Part shown: positions 11,990-25,218 of the stretch, in pieces
Layout: every line of letters starts with the position of its first letter
Position numbering within the stretch: the stretch's first letter is position 1
DNA from: Octopus vulgaris
Taxonomy: Eukaryota
Length of the DNA stretch: 64,000 nt
Direction of reading: 5' to 3'
NCBI GenBank assembly: GCA_951406725.2
Contig: OX597814.1
Location: forward strand, 209,808,001-209,872,000
Notes under the pieces: model-generated
Database searches by the model: none
Seen by the model: only the letters and a program-made list of their open reading frames with translations
What the model was told of the DNA's origin: nothing
Made by a program: the position numbers and the translations under genes

Positions 11990-12390
11990 ATTAGTTTAAT
12001 GGTCTATGAAAGATTAAGAATGTGGAAAAATCTTCTTCGCTTTGAGACTGAATTCTTAAACGTTTGTTTGTGCCATCCGTCCACAACAAAAATCTAAATC
12101 GCATCACATAACGACAATACGGCATAATTATTTCACCTCAATTGGACCCGCTCTCTTCAGCATTACACCAGGACACGTCAAAACAGAAACTGACCACACA
12201 AAATTCAAGAAGTCTTTGGACAAATTCCTTCAAACAGTCCCGCACAAACCACCCACACCCGGATATGTCTCCGCAAACAATAACTCTCTGCTCTAATGGG
12301 CCTCGGTGCCCAAATCCTGAATTGAAAGACTTCGCCAGGTGGTGCTATTAAGTTAGACATGGCCTGGGCCAATACTGACCAAAACCTAAG

Positions 12391-12392
<2 letters not shown>
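11990..12392 (+). mobile_element. 3' end of a CR1-group LINE (decayed)
   Basis: RHNYFTSIGPALFSITPGHVKTETDHTKFKKSLDKFLQTVPHKPPTPGYVSANNNSLL*W matches the GP.LFN..P...FK..LD.FL..PD.P....NSL pattern of the 42153 ORF. 3' UTR GGTGGTGC..CATGGCC..AAAC. Confidence 0.8.
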
Positions 12393-12439
<47 letters not shown>

Positions 12440-12463
12440 TATACATATATACACACACATATA

Positions 12464-12532
<69 letters not shown>

Positions 12533-12819
12533 TCATACATCTATGTAAATAGGTAGACATATATATATCTTATAGGTTGTCGGCTGTTAGAGAATTAAAA
12601 TTACCTATATAAGTGGAAATGCTTGTATGCATGTATATACGTACATATATACCCATATACACACATATTGGGCTGGGTACCTATTCAGCGGCATGTTCCT
12701 AAAACATAGGAGAAACATTTAGGTCGCGGAATTTTTTTCTTGATGTAATGCACCACGATTCTCTGACACTTGAAAATTCTTGCAAGAATTGAAACTCAAC
12801 AATAATTTGATCTAGTCCA

Positions 12820-14215
12820 GATCGTGGGAGGCGCATTCCAGAAATTGTGAGACTTTTGTTAGTGTTGGTAGTTATCAGTGTCCTACTTCAATGTCATTTT
12901 TAGTATGCCATTATGTGCTGGCGCAATGGCCCAGTGGTTAGGGCAGCGGACTCGCGGTCATAGGATCGCGGTTTCGATTCCCAGACCGGGCGTTGTAAGT
13001 GTTTACTGAGCGAAAACACCTAAAGCTCCACGAGGCTCCGGCAGGGGATGGTGGTGATCCCTGCTGTACTCTTTCACCACAACTTTCTCTCACTCTTACT
13101 TCCTGTTTCTGTTGTACCTGTATTTCAAAGGGCCGGCCTTGTCACTCTCTGTGTCACGCTGAATATCGTTAAGGGTGCACGTGTCTGTGGAGTGCTCAGC
13201 CACTTACACGTTAATTTCACGGCTGTTCCGTTGATTCGGATCAACCGGAACCCTCGTCGTCGTAACCGACGGAGTGCTTCCACCAGTCTGCCATTAGTAT
13301 GCATCTAATAAACTGATCTATCAACTTCGTTTCTATTCCAGATTTAAGACAACGGCTGAAATAACACTTTGAACATACTCTACTACTCACTGCTGCTAAT
13401 AGATGGCTAGTTTGCCGAATAAAGTCAAGACCCGCAGACAATTTGGGATGTATGCAATAGAGTAATATTTTAAATTGGGAAAAACAGGACAGAAACATAT
13501 GAAAAACTCCATAGTGTTTATCAATTATCTTCTTTGAGACCAACATCTGTTTTACGCTGGAACAGGGTGTTCAGGATGGCAGACTGTCGGTGCAAAGCGA
13601 TGAAGGATGTGATATAGAGAGGGAAGCCAGAATATCAGAGCAGGTTAAGAAAATACGTATTTTCTGTATGAAGACCGTCGTGTGTTTATAAAGACAATAA
13701 AGCATACAGTTTGCAGTTGGTGTGGCAACTGTACATAGAATTATCTACGAAGATCTGAAAATGCGTAAAATTTATGCAAAATTTGTTCCCAGGGTGCTCA
13801 GTGACGAACTGAAGTAAAGACTCTTGCGTGACGGCAAGGTGAGGATTGAGCTCATTACCTCCAGTTGATGATTACTTTAGTCTCCGGTGATTGTGACCAA
13901 GTATAGACCTATTGTTTTGACCAAGACACAATGTATCAGAGTGCTCAATCGAAACATCCTGTCTCTCCCAGATGCAAGAATGTCAGAAAAAGCATCTACT
14001 GGGCTCCTTGTAGCCAAAGGGTCAAATTACTTTCTAGAGGTTTTCAGGCAGTTCAGGAAGAGATTTCGTCGCAAAAGGCCAGTGCTATTCCAGTTAAGTT
14101 GGTAACGCTACTTTGAGGATCCTACTCTGAAGGAGATCGTAGTTTTGTACATATTTGAAATTAATTTGCTTCTCCTGAAAATATTTGATAACATCTGGAA
14201 TGTACCTTATATGTA
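12820..14215 (+). mobile_element. Decayed Tc1/mariner (mariner-type) transposon interrupted by a SINE
   Basis: About 13570-14110 encodes, with stops and frameshifts, FQDGRLSV..VATVHRIIYEDLKMRKIYAKFVPRVLSDE (WVPxxL motif)..SPR.K..R..YFLEVFRQFRKRFRRKRP. Possible degenerate TIRs share CATTCCAGA at about 12834-12842 and, inverted, at about 14194-14202. Outer limits are uncertain. Confidence 0.7.
12914..13284 (+). mobile_element. tRNA-Arg-like SINE (family A head, tail type 1; resembles octopus OR1)
   Basis: A box TGGCCCAGTGG, B box GTTTCGATTCC; 12-bp TSD AGT(A/C)TGCCATTA at 12902-12913 and 13285-13296. The OR1 name is from recall. Confidence 0.88.
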
Positions 14216-14889
14216 TCATACCTCAACGATAATAATGGGTACATAGGCGAAAAAATATTTTGGTTCCAACATTTACAGATTCCCGATAAGATCATATATT
14301 TTCTTATTTTCACCATAATTAAGAGATAAGTTACTGAATTCTAGAATTCTTTTGTTGTAAACATCAATACTAATTGTGTTTTTGTTTGATTGTTATTTGT
14401 GTACTTAGATTGTAGAAAATTATTTTGATTTATTAGTCACAATATGTTCACCAGTATTTACCTTTATTATACGTATAGGCTATAAGGCGGCAAACTGGCA
14501 TAAGCGTTATGAGTGATATACTCGCTGTAGACTGAGAATTCTGGTAATCATATTTTCTTAACTTCCTTTCGGTTTTCAATACTTGCCCTCTCCTGGTAAA
14601 GAGTCCCCTCACAGAACTAAACTCAAAGCTTACAATAAAGAAAAACATGGCACATACTTAAATCACATAGCAGGGCAGAAGCGGCTAACTAGTATGCGTA
14701 TCTCCAAATGCGCAAGAACCTGTAAATATAGCATTGGCATATTCTTGTGCATAGGTTCTCATTCATATCAGTATAAAGTTGAGGGAAGGATCATTAATAT
14801 CAACTCAGGATGGATAAGCAGGGTTGTATTTACGCATGCATGCATACACACACACGCACACACAAAACATATATATATATTTATATATT

Positions 14890-15210
14890 TATAGGTAAAA
14901 ACGGTAAGATAACAAAAGAAAGAAAGGAACCTCAATATTATGTAAATAGAGGAATTTATCTGTAAATATAATATGTGACAATTATTCGGTAGCCATGATA
15001 AAACTCTGAGTTGCGGATGCCGAGGTGGAAATCCACACCACCACCTCTTCATTTATCCGGCCATCGGAAAAACGCTATGAAAAAAGACCGTTATACAAAG
15101 GGAAATTACTGTGTTATAGACCGCTGTTTATACAAAAGCGCTACTCGAATGACCGCTAATTAAGGAAAGGTAAAAAGTCCATAGTATACGCGTAAGCGAG
15201 CCTGTTCATA
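14890..15210 (-). mobile_element. Penelope-like terminal fragment with a degenerate hammerhead
   Basis: Minus strand 14997-15057 reads GATAA-aTGAAGA-(long stem II)-GcAAC-TCAGA-GTT-TTATC, with stem I GATAA/TTATC. The end of the same family recurs at about 61566-61608. Confidence 0.55.
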
Positions 15211-15211
15211 C

Positions 15212-15295
<84 letters not shown>

Positions 15296-15296
15296 G

Positions 15297-15327
<31 letters not shown>

Positions 15328-15411
15328 TAGTACGTACGTATGTATGTGTGTGTGCGAGCGCACGTGTGAATACGTTGTATAATTTCACGTGATTATATGC
15401 ATGTATTCTTA

Positions 15412-15590
15412 AGGTGGCGAACTGGGAAAGTTGTAGCTCGGCGGGCAAAATACTTGGTAATATTTCGTCCGTCCTTGCACCATTTAGTGGTCAATAAAAT
15501 AAGTACATGTTGAGCACAAGAGATAATGTAATCAACTTTCCCCTTTCCGCCCTCGCCCACAACTACTGGCCCTATGTCAAAAATTTGAAA
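15412..15590 (+). mobile_element. SINE family C, degraded
   Basis: GGTGGCGAACTGGGAAAG..GCGGGCAAAATACTTGG..ATTTCGTCCGTC. Confidence 0.6.
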
Positions 15591-15612
15591 CCTATACACA
15601 TATATTCTAGTG

Positions 15613-15646
<34 letters not shown>

Positions 15647-15812
15647 TCAGTCTGACTGTCTCGCTGTCTGTCTCTCTCTCTCTCTATATATATATGTATG
15701 TATATATAATTACCAATCACTGCGTAACATTTGTGACTGGTTAGTATCAATTTTTCTACTGATAATTTTATTAGATGCATTAGATGCACGTGGATGTATG
15801 CATGTAAAATAT

Positions 15813-15849
<37 letters not shown>

Positions 15850-15919
15850 TATATGTACACACACACACACGCATATATATACATATGTAAATAATATGTC
15901 TAATATGGATATATATATA

Positions 15920-16315
15920 TATGAGTGCGGTAAGTAGCTTGCTTACCAACCACATCCATATGGTTCCGGGTTCAGTCCCACTGCGTGGCACTTTGGGCAA
16001 GTGTCTTCTATTTTAGCCTCGGGTGTGGATTTGGTAGACGGAATCTGAAAGAAGCCCGTCCTATATATGTGTATGTGTTTGTGTACGTGTGCGTGTGTGT
16101 TTGTTTACGCGCGTGTGTGTATTTTGATGTGTATGTGTGTGTATGTTTGTGTTTCTGCGTTTGTTCCCCCAACAAGGCTTAACAACCGATGCTGCTGCGT
16201 TTACGATAGAATACGCTCTGGTTTACAAAGAATAAGACCAGGGGTCGATTTGCTCGACTAAAGGCAGTGCTCCAGCACGGCCGAAGTCAAATTAAACAAC
16301 TAAAAGAATAAAAGT
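15920..16315 (+). mobile_element. SINE family B
   Basis: GGTAAGTAGCTTGCTTACCAACCAC..GGTTCAGTCCCACTGCGTGGCAC; tail GGCAGTGCTCCAGCACGGCC. Confidence 0.85.
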
Positions 16316-16379
16316 ATATACATATACACACACACACATATATTCATATGCACTTTTCTGTTAACTATATATACATATG

Positions 16380-16413
<34 letters not shown>

Positions 16414-16461
16414 CACATATATATACACATATATATATACTTATACATATAAGTGCATATA

Positions 16462-16492
<31 letters not shown>

Positions 16493-18284
16493 GCATTTAT
16501 ATATATTGATATATGCGCAAACACACACACGTATTGTATTGAAATGACAGAATGCACTCTTTTTATATGTTTAATAAAGAATGTTCTCAACGGATAAAAT
16601 ACTTCGATTGGAAACTGAGATAAAGAATGCGTTTTTTATATACGTAATCATAGGGATTTAAATGTATTACAATATAGAAGAAACGAGTGGAAAACTGCGT
16701 AAAGGAGGCTTTATTTTATATAGGAATGAAGAACAATATAGACGTGGAAAATAAGTAGCAGTAGTATATATAATAAAAATAACTTTATTGCTTTGGGATC
16801 TGTTGTGATAGGTCAAACTAAAACATATATGACTGAATTGTTTACGTTTACATTTAATCGAATCATTATGTACTCTTGCCAAAAGGTTGATATATTATTG
16901 ATGGGTTATTTATATATAACCTACCTAATCCTAACAGAGTTTGGAGCTAATCACCTGCGTTTAAGACATCTAGAATCGTAAAGATGACATTAAAAAAAAG
17001 AGAATTAGTTCGTCGTAAATTTAACGCTACATGTAAAATTAGCCTGAACTGCATTGCACTCATACAAAATCATTTCTTTGGTTATTTGATTAAGTACTTA
17101 GACTCTTTTGCTTTAATTACTGAATCACTGAAAAGAATTTTGGACACAGAGTTGTTTAGCTGCCATCTGTGCCTAACAATACGGGAACATTAAATTTAAA
17201 GCTTTAACCAAAACTATTTTAACTTTACGTAACATATCAGCAGTTTTCCATTGACATTGTTGGGAAATAGCTTTCTTTAACTATGTTTTTATAGTCTTTG
17301 TAACTCATAAATTGATTCTAGCTTTTTGTTCAAATGCTCTGTGTAACATTTTTCACTTGAGAAACTTAATACATAAAACTGACAAAATGGCAAATGAAGA
17401 AATTATTAAAAAGCAGAAAGAGTTTGAAAACAGTTACTTAATAGAGCAGGTGTAAAGAATTCCTCTTTTATGATATGTACAAATCAATCTCGCGTGAAAT
17501 AGGTTTCTTTTTATTATTATTCCCATCAAAATCAAATATTTAAGGCCGACATGATGTGTAATATTTTTAACTACTACTTGAAAGTTGGTAAGTAATATGA
17601 CTTTATGGAAATATTAATTGGTGGGCATCATTCAAATATTTACATTCTCTGTAGTAATATATTTTTATATATGCACGTATATTTGTATGTAAGCCTACAC
17701 ACTTGGCACATAAGGATATGTGTTTATATGTGTTAATGTCTACAATATTCCCTTCAAAGTTTTATAATTTTCAATCTTTTCACTTACAATGATATCCTAC
17801 CCTCACATTACTATATCAAATGGACAATTTTATCATATTATCAAATGGAAAACTTTCTCTCGACCTATCACTGCCAACAAAGTAGTATAATTAATAGAAA
17901 ACACATTCAAATTCGGTAGTACGGTCTCACTAGACTGCTTTCTTGCAACACCTAGCGCTACCAATATTTATATAATACCAAAGACAACGATACAAGAAAA
18001 TCCTGTTCATTTCGATAATGGCTGCTGAGAGAATGGCAAAAAATAAGGAGGATTTAAAGATGAATGATTATATTTAATGGGTATGGCCACAAGCGTGCTA
18101 TTCACTACACCTAGAGGAAATTTTCTGAGAATTTTGCTTATACTATTTACAAAACTAAAGTAATTTTCTTTGTCTCACAAACGAGAATCTTAGATTTCAA
18201 CCACGCCTAATTGTTTGAACAATTTGAAAATTTGCTGAGATGTTTGATGTAGACACGAAATGATAATGATTATGATGGTGATGG

Positions 18285-18330
<46 letters not shown>

Positions 18331-18459
18331 AATGACGGTAATAAAAATGATGGTAATGATGCTACTACTACTACTACTACTACTGCTACTGCTACTGCTG
18401 CTGCTAATAATAATAATAATAATAATAACAACAACAATAATGATAATAATGATGATGCT

Positions 18460-18490
<31 letters not shown>

Positions 18491-18517
18491 ATGATGACGA
18501 TGATGATGATGATGATG

Positions 18518-18655
18518 ATCCTTCCTACTTGAGGCACAGGGTCTGAAACTTGGAGTGGGGAACAAGTCAATTACATCAGTCCCAAAATTCAACTAGTAGT
18601 TAATTTATCGACCACGAACGGATGAAAGGCCAATTCAACATTAACGGAATTTGAA
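18518..18655 (-). mobile_element. SINE family C, partial
   Basis: TAATTTATCGACCACGAACGGATGAAAGGC..CGGAATTTGAA as in 5160-5215. Confidence 0.65.
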
Positions 18656-18750
18656 TAATAATAATAATAATAATAAGAAGAAGAAAAGAGGTAGAGGACT
18701 AATAAATTTTGAAAATTGTGCCAAATGCGAAGAAAACAATCTAACTTGGT

Positions 18751-18828
<78 letters not shown>

Positions 18829-21800
18829 TTACACCGGGGACGTTTAACATGTGAGAACGATAAAACAGCGCTCCGAAATCTATCCACAAACATCGAAAAC
18901 AAAGGCATCGCATGGAGCTAAAAATTAACTGACAAAGGATTGGACTATATCCGAGTAAGTAATACTCATTGAAATTTATTACTATTTTCGAAACGAAATG
19001 ATGTATTTTAACTCGATATCATCTCCACCTCTAACACAACACATGTAAACATGCGTGGAACATTACGATCCATCAACAGCAGATCATTCCCGACCCCAAA
19101 CACCATGTACAAAAACACTACGAAAAAATTAAATAACACCGACATTATTCAACCCAAGAATAACAATCGGGAAGTACGTACTGTAAACTTACAACATAAA
19201 ATGTACGAAAAACAACACGTGCAAAACAATGTGACAACAGAAATGAACCGACCGGTACCCTACGAAAATGACGACCGTCGAAATAATGGGCCGGACGTTG
19301 TTCCTCATGTCCCGCAAATAAAACTCAAAAGACATAAATGGACACGTGAGGAATACATTTCTATCCTACACGCTCACTTTACAGCAGTGCTCTACCCAAA
19401 GAATGAAAACACAACAACGCATACATATAAAATATGGAAGGAAAATAACATAAATATAGACTTGGATACAGCAATGAACCCTAATAAACTAGCTAACGTA
19501 CGAAGATACATTCTCAACGCAAAAAATATCAGAAATAGAAATAGAACATCTAAAAGAAAAAATGCATCAGGAAAATGTAGATAGAAGCCACAGAACAATG
19601 CCCAATAATATAAACACTGAAACAGTAAAACACGAAGACAAACGTAACATTCCCAACAAACACGATGTAAACAAAAAACAACAAACACAGACCGTAAGGA
19701 TGCATAGTAACACACGACAAACAGCAAGCCAAAACACGACAAACAAACATACAAATAAGAAAGAAAGTGACACAAATCTAAAACCTGGAAACAACGAAGG
19801 GGAGCCTAATGATTATGATAATATAAAAAAGTAGAATAATCAAAGAACTGAAAACCACAGAGCTAAAAATGGACCACCGACCATACCTCCTAAAAATCAA
19901 AATAGACGAAACAACAACACCAATTATAAACAGCAAAAACCTAGCCGTCACGGAACTAATAGCCACTGAAACAAAAAGCGATATCACTGAGCTAAATGAC
20001 TTAGTATACGCAGCAGCCACTGTAGCCACAGAAGAAGCTGGATACTCACTCAAACCCGTCCAAACAGGAGTACCACTACCCAAACAAACCCTGTGGATTA
20101 ATAACATCCAAAACAAAATACAAAAAATGAGAAAAGATCTGTCGATTCTTAATGAAATCAGTAGACAATCAACGCTACTGAGCAACAAAAAGAAAACAAA
20201 AATACTCCGCAAATACAACACCACAGAAAAAGATTTACCTGAGATAAAAGAAAAGCTAAAGCAAGATATCCTTGCCAAAGCACAAAGGATCCGCCGGTAC
20301 GAGAAACGTCAGCGCTTCTTTGAACAAAACAAAAAGTTCAACTCCAACCCCAAAAGTTCTACCAAGAACTTGGCAAAAATAAAATAGAAATCACTGCAGC
20401 ACCAACGGCAGAAGAAGTGGAAGAATTCTGGAGAGAAATATAGTTGGCGAACGAACAACCAAAAAAAAAGGAGTATTAAAACAACAAACTCAGCATCTGA
20501 GCAATTTTGGACCCCCATAAAAACTGAAGAGGTCACCCAGGCACTGCAAAGACGAGGCAACTGGAAGGCACCTGGGCATGACAAGATCCCCAACTTCTGG
20601 TTGAAATATCTAACAGGAATGCACAAAAAACTGGCTGAAAATTTTAACAACATACTGGCAGAGCCAGAGACAATGCCTGAATGGATCACGAAGGGGAAAA
20701 CCATCCTAATTCCCAAATCAAATGAGACAGCAAAACCAGAAAACTACAGACCAATAACCTGTCTCCCTACAATGTACAAGGCATTTACTGCAGTGATATC
20801 GCAAAGGTTGAACAAGCACCTGGACGAAAACAACCTGTTTCCAGAAGAGCAGAAAGGATGCCGCAAAGGCTCATATGGCTGTAAAGATCAACTAATGATT
20901 AATAAAGCCATAACTGAAGACAGCCACAGAAAGAAGAAAGGCCTCAGTATGGCCTGGATCGACTACAAAAAGGCGTTTGATAGCATCCCCCTTACATGGA
21001 TCCTCGAAACACTAGCCATTAACAAAGTAGCACCAACAATCATAAAATTCATAGGACACTCTATGAATAAATGGCAAACAGTGCTACAGTTCCAAACAAA
21101 AGAGGGACTCATAAAAACCAAAGCCATCCCCATTAGAAGAGGAATATTCCAGGGAGACACACTCTCCACTCCTTTTCTGCTTGGCACTGTCACCTCTATC
21201 TGATATGCTAAATAGTACTGGATGCGGATATAAATGTTACGGCAAAACAATCAGCCACCTTTTATATATGGATGACCTAAAACTATACGCTGCAAATGAC
21301 AAACAGCTGGAAACAATATTAAAGACAGTTCATGGATTTAACAACGAAATAGATATGAAATTTGGATAAGAAAAATGCGCCAAAATAACCATGAAAAGAG
21401 GAAAACTAGTTAAGAGTAACAACATCACACTAGATAAAACCAATGAAATAAAAGAATTAGACTAAAGCCAAACTTACAAGTACTTAGGAATCCATGAACT
21501 AGATAAGACACAACACACACAAATGAAAAAGAAATTTTTAAAAAATATTATAGACGAGTTAGATCAATACTAAAAACAGAGCTCAATGCTAAAAACAAGA
21601 TAATAGGTATCAACACTTTAGCTGTCCCAGTTATAAGTTACAGCTACAATATCCTTAACTGGACACTAAATGAACTGACCAAAATAGATAGGAAAACAAG
21701 AAAAATAATGACAGGATCTAGGATGTATCACTCAAAATCTGACATAGAAAGACTATATATACAACGTATAGAAGGTGGTAGAGGCCTTATACAGCTGGAA

Positions 21801-22883
21801 AACTACTATAAAATAACCACCATAGGACTGCAAAAATATCTACTTCAGAAGGAAGGAAAACTGATACAAATAGCGGCAAAACACGAACAAAACAAAAAAC
21901 TGTTCTCACTATTTAAGGAAGCTGACAAATACAAACAAGAAATCATACCACCTAACAAATATGTAGAAGAAGAAGAAGATGAAGAAACAACAACAAAAGC
22001 TATAAAACAAATGAAATCCAAAGTAAAAATAGAACAGCAACGAGCCATGATAAAACGATGGCAAGAAAAGCCCCTTCATGGTAAATACTGGACTAAACTA
22101 AATGCAAAAGAAATAGACAAAGAAAAATCCCAGCAATGGTTGAGAAGCTCAGGACTCAAAGCAGAGACAGAGGGATTTTTAATTGCAGCACAAGACCAAA
22201 GCCTCCCCACCAGAAATTACCAAAAACATGTAATGAAAAGAAATATTACAAGTAACTGCAGAATATGTGGAGATGGACAAGAAACAATAAATCATATTAT
22301 CTCTGGCTTCTCAGTCCTGGCTAAAAAGGAATATATTCACAGACATGACAGAGTTGGAACCTACATACATTGGAAACTATTCCAACATTATGGAATAACA
22401 ACAGAAAAAAGATGGTATAGGCACATACCAGAAAAGGTCACAGAAAACGAGAAAGCAACCATACTCTGGGATATGCCGATACACACAGATAGAGAAATTA
22501 AGGCCAACAGACCAGATATAGTTGTCAGAGATCATGAAGAAAAAAATGCTTTCTAATTGATGTATCAATACCGGCAGACGACAACGTGTCTCTAAAAGAA
22601 ATGGAGAAACTTTCAAAATACAAAGACCTGGAAATTGAGGTAACCAGAATGTGGAATCTAAAAACAGAAACAATTCAGACAAATACATAACAAAAACACC
22701 AGGACTTACAAACACATATAACATACAGAAAATTGCACTACTAGGTACTGCACACATCCTACGCAGAACACTTTCAATAGTGTAACCATCAGAGCATCAC
22801 AACAAATCACAGCACATACCCAAGGCACACAGAGCTGCGCTCGGTAGTGAAGTGAAAGCACGCTATAAAAATAAAACTACTGA
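18829..22883 (+). mobile_element. Full-length, inactivated R4/Dong-clade non-LTR retrotransposon (RT + CCHC + RLE) in (TAA)n
   Basis: Flanked by (AAT)n on both sides. A single long ORF remnant carries RHKWTREE, WKAPGHDKIPNFWLK, NYRPITCLPTMYK, EEQKGC, AWIDYKKAFDS, RRGIFQGD, HLLYMDDLKLY, CRICG..ETINHIISG, RHD, RPDIV, LIDVSIP, KYKDL and QKIALLGTAHILRR. Dong/R4 elements are known to target TAA repeats. Confidence 0.95.
19051..22785 (+). pseudogene. Disrupted RT/RLE ORF of the R4/Dong element
   Basis: Split into ORF pieces at 19051, 19562, 19869, 20601, 21181 and 21708 by frameshifts and in-frame stops (e.g. TAA at about 21367 and 21463). The last CCHC cysteine reads F (ISGFS). A 40-bp deletion lies at about 22676. 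Confidence 0.92.
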
Positions 22884-22947
22884 ATAATAATAATAATAAT
22901 AATAATTGAAGAAGGAGAAGAAAAAGAAGAAAAAGAAGAAGATTTAA

Positions 22948-22998
<51 letters not shown>

Positions 22999-23040
22999 TG
23001 AAGAAGGAGAAGAAAAAGAAGAAAAAGACGAATATTTAAA

Positions 23041-23117
<77 letters not shown>

Positions 23118-23250
23118 TGAAGAAGGAGAAGAAAAAGAAGAAAAAGAAGAAGAAGATTTAAAGTAATAATCATAATAATAACAATAATAATGATAAAAAA
23201 AAGGAAGAAGAAGAAGAAGAAAATTTAGAGTAATAAGAAGAAAGAAGATA
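22884..23250. repeat. Compound tandem repeat: (AAT)n + TGAAGAAGGAGAAGAAAAAGAAG..ATTTAAA, 3-4 copies
   Basis: The unit is visible at about 22907, 22999 and 23118, and degenerate at about 23200. Confidence 0.85.
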
Positions 23251-23547
23251 GCAGAGTTAGACTAAGACTAGTCGGCTGCTTTCAGAGATCATAAAGTCCG
23301 AGAGAGAGGAGGACCATCGCCTGTTATTGAATATGTGCTATATAATCGAGAGAAACGAAATGTTGTAACGAGTCGATAGCTGCAGAGACAGTGATGGTTG
23401 GGAGGTGAGAATGATGTGAAACGTGATACTCAAAAAGCTTGTGGAAAATGAAATTAATTCATATCGAGAATTGAGGATTGAAAAAAAATAATTCTATTTC
23501 TACAACTATATGGGATGGATATGAGTGTCGTGAAGTGGTACGAGTGT

Positions 23548-23701
23548 TTAAATCACTAATGTCGATACTTGAGAAGTAGATGGAATAATATTGATGTCCT
23601 TGTTGGACATACTGATACCGGTGATGTGCTTTTTTATGGTTGCAGATGTAAACACTTTATCTGCTGGAAATGAAGCCATACCATTTTCAACCCATACCAC
23701 T
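23548..23701 (-). CDS. Candidate terminal coding exon of an unknown gene
   Basis: Strong acceptor CCTTCCTCTCTCTCAAATACAG|A, then an open frame VVWVENGMASFPADKVFTSATIKKHITGISMSNKDINIIPSTSQVSTLVI*. Phase-compatible with the donor at 25219. No recognisable homology. Confidence 0.3.
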
Positions 23702-24934
23702 CTGTATTTGAGAGAGAGGAAGGTGTAATGAATGCTACTGCGCTGGCTGAATGATGCATCAATTACAAAAGACATATAAATATATATTTTTAACGCAGAA
23801 TCTCGACGTGGAAAATTATTACTTATAGCTTATAATATATTAGATTCAAAACTTCGACTGCAGAAAAGGACGAAAGTTACCTGTGGTACGCAAACTACGC
23901 GCCCTCTGTGCATATGGCAGACATGCTAACGTATTATACTAAAGTGACCTTCGGTCAATTTTCAATTAATTTAGGTGCTTTCATCATACAAGACCGATGT
24001 GTCATAGATGATTGAAATAAATCCGATCATAGGCCGGCTCCATTAGGACAACAACAGCTACAACAAAACGACCACGAACAAAAAAAAAATACCAAAAACA
24101 GTACCAAGATTGAACCGCTTTCAAAATACAGAGATACAGGACCAATTTTCTCAGGAACCTAATTGGACGAAGTTAAATAAACTCAGTCGATATTTTCTTT
24201 GTTTTTTGTTTTGTTTTTTGCATGACTTATAACTCTTTGGTTTTTACCAAAGCGTTGTCCTACTGACCCATATCATCGATTGGTTAGATGCAAAAAAGAA
24301 CGGAAGAAGAAAAAAGCAAAGAAAGAAAACACCTGATCAATATTTCTAAAATACAATTATTCCACTAGGAATTATCTTGAAGACTGTTTAACGTAAAGAA
24401 ATCAAAACTATACGAAAAACCAAACAAAGAATACAGATGCAAGAATGGCTTCATAAACAGATTTGTTTACCTCAGACAATTCTTCTCATATCTGAAAATA
24501 TCGGCAAGAAGTGAGGTGGAAGTGTGAGTTTATATATAGAGACGTATAGTTTATATACACTATTAAATCACATTTATATAGGGTATGTAACTACCACAGA
24601 TATAGACAAGGATAGCAATGTTCTCTCACGCACGCAGGTATACACGCATACACACACACAGATACACATACATATGCGCGCCCGCACACGCTCACTAATA
24701 TATGTATTAAAGATGCATACGTATGCACAACAGGGTGCATATATATATATGTATATATATATATACACAATACAGGAAATGATCAGGAACCATTTTCAAT
24801 AAGACTTTTACATATTTTTATAGAAATAGATTCATGTACATAGAGATTAACAAAAGTGTATCTGTCCACGGGGGAGATGATACAGCATTATCTGCCATCT
24901 TGCTTGAGAGAGGTTTTTCGTTTTTGTTTGAATA

Positions 24935-25140
24935 TATAGGTTTCAAACTTTGGCACAAAGCCAGCAAGTTCGCAGGAGGAAATAAAATGCTTACATCGGT
25001 TCCAGTGGTTATCTGGTAATTGTTTTACCGACCCTGAAAATATGACTCTAGTGGAATTTGAAAACAGAACGTTTAGGATAAACGAAATACCGCTAAGCAT
25101 TTAGCCAGGCGTGCTAACGACTATGCCAGATCGCTCCCTT
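24935..25140 (-). mobile_element. SINE family C, degraded
   Basis: ACGAAATACCGCTAAGCATTT.GCCAGGCGTGCTAACGA..TGCCAG.TCGC. Confidence 0.75.
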
Positions 25141-25218
25141 ACTACTGCCTTCTCATACGTTGTTGGAATCGTATATATATATACCTGTTTGCACATACAT
25201 ACTGTTAGAAATACATAC

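Noticed and set aside
12914-12995. tRNA gene-like sequences (also at 32175-32250, 37350-37415, 59555-59632 and 62863-62935)
   Set aside because: The A/B boxes continue into SINE bodies, several with TSDs, and there is no clean acceptor stem; these are SINE heads, not tRNA genes.
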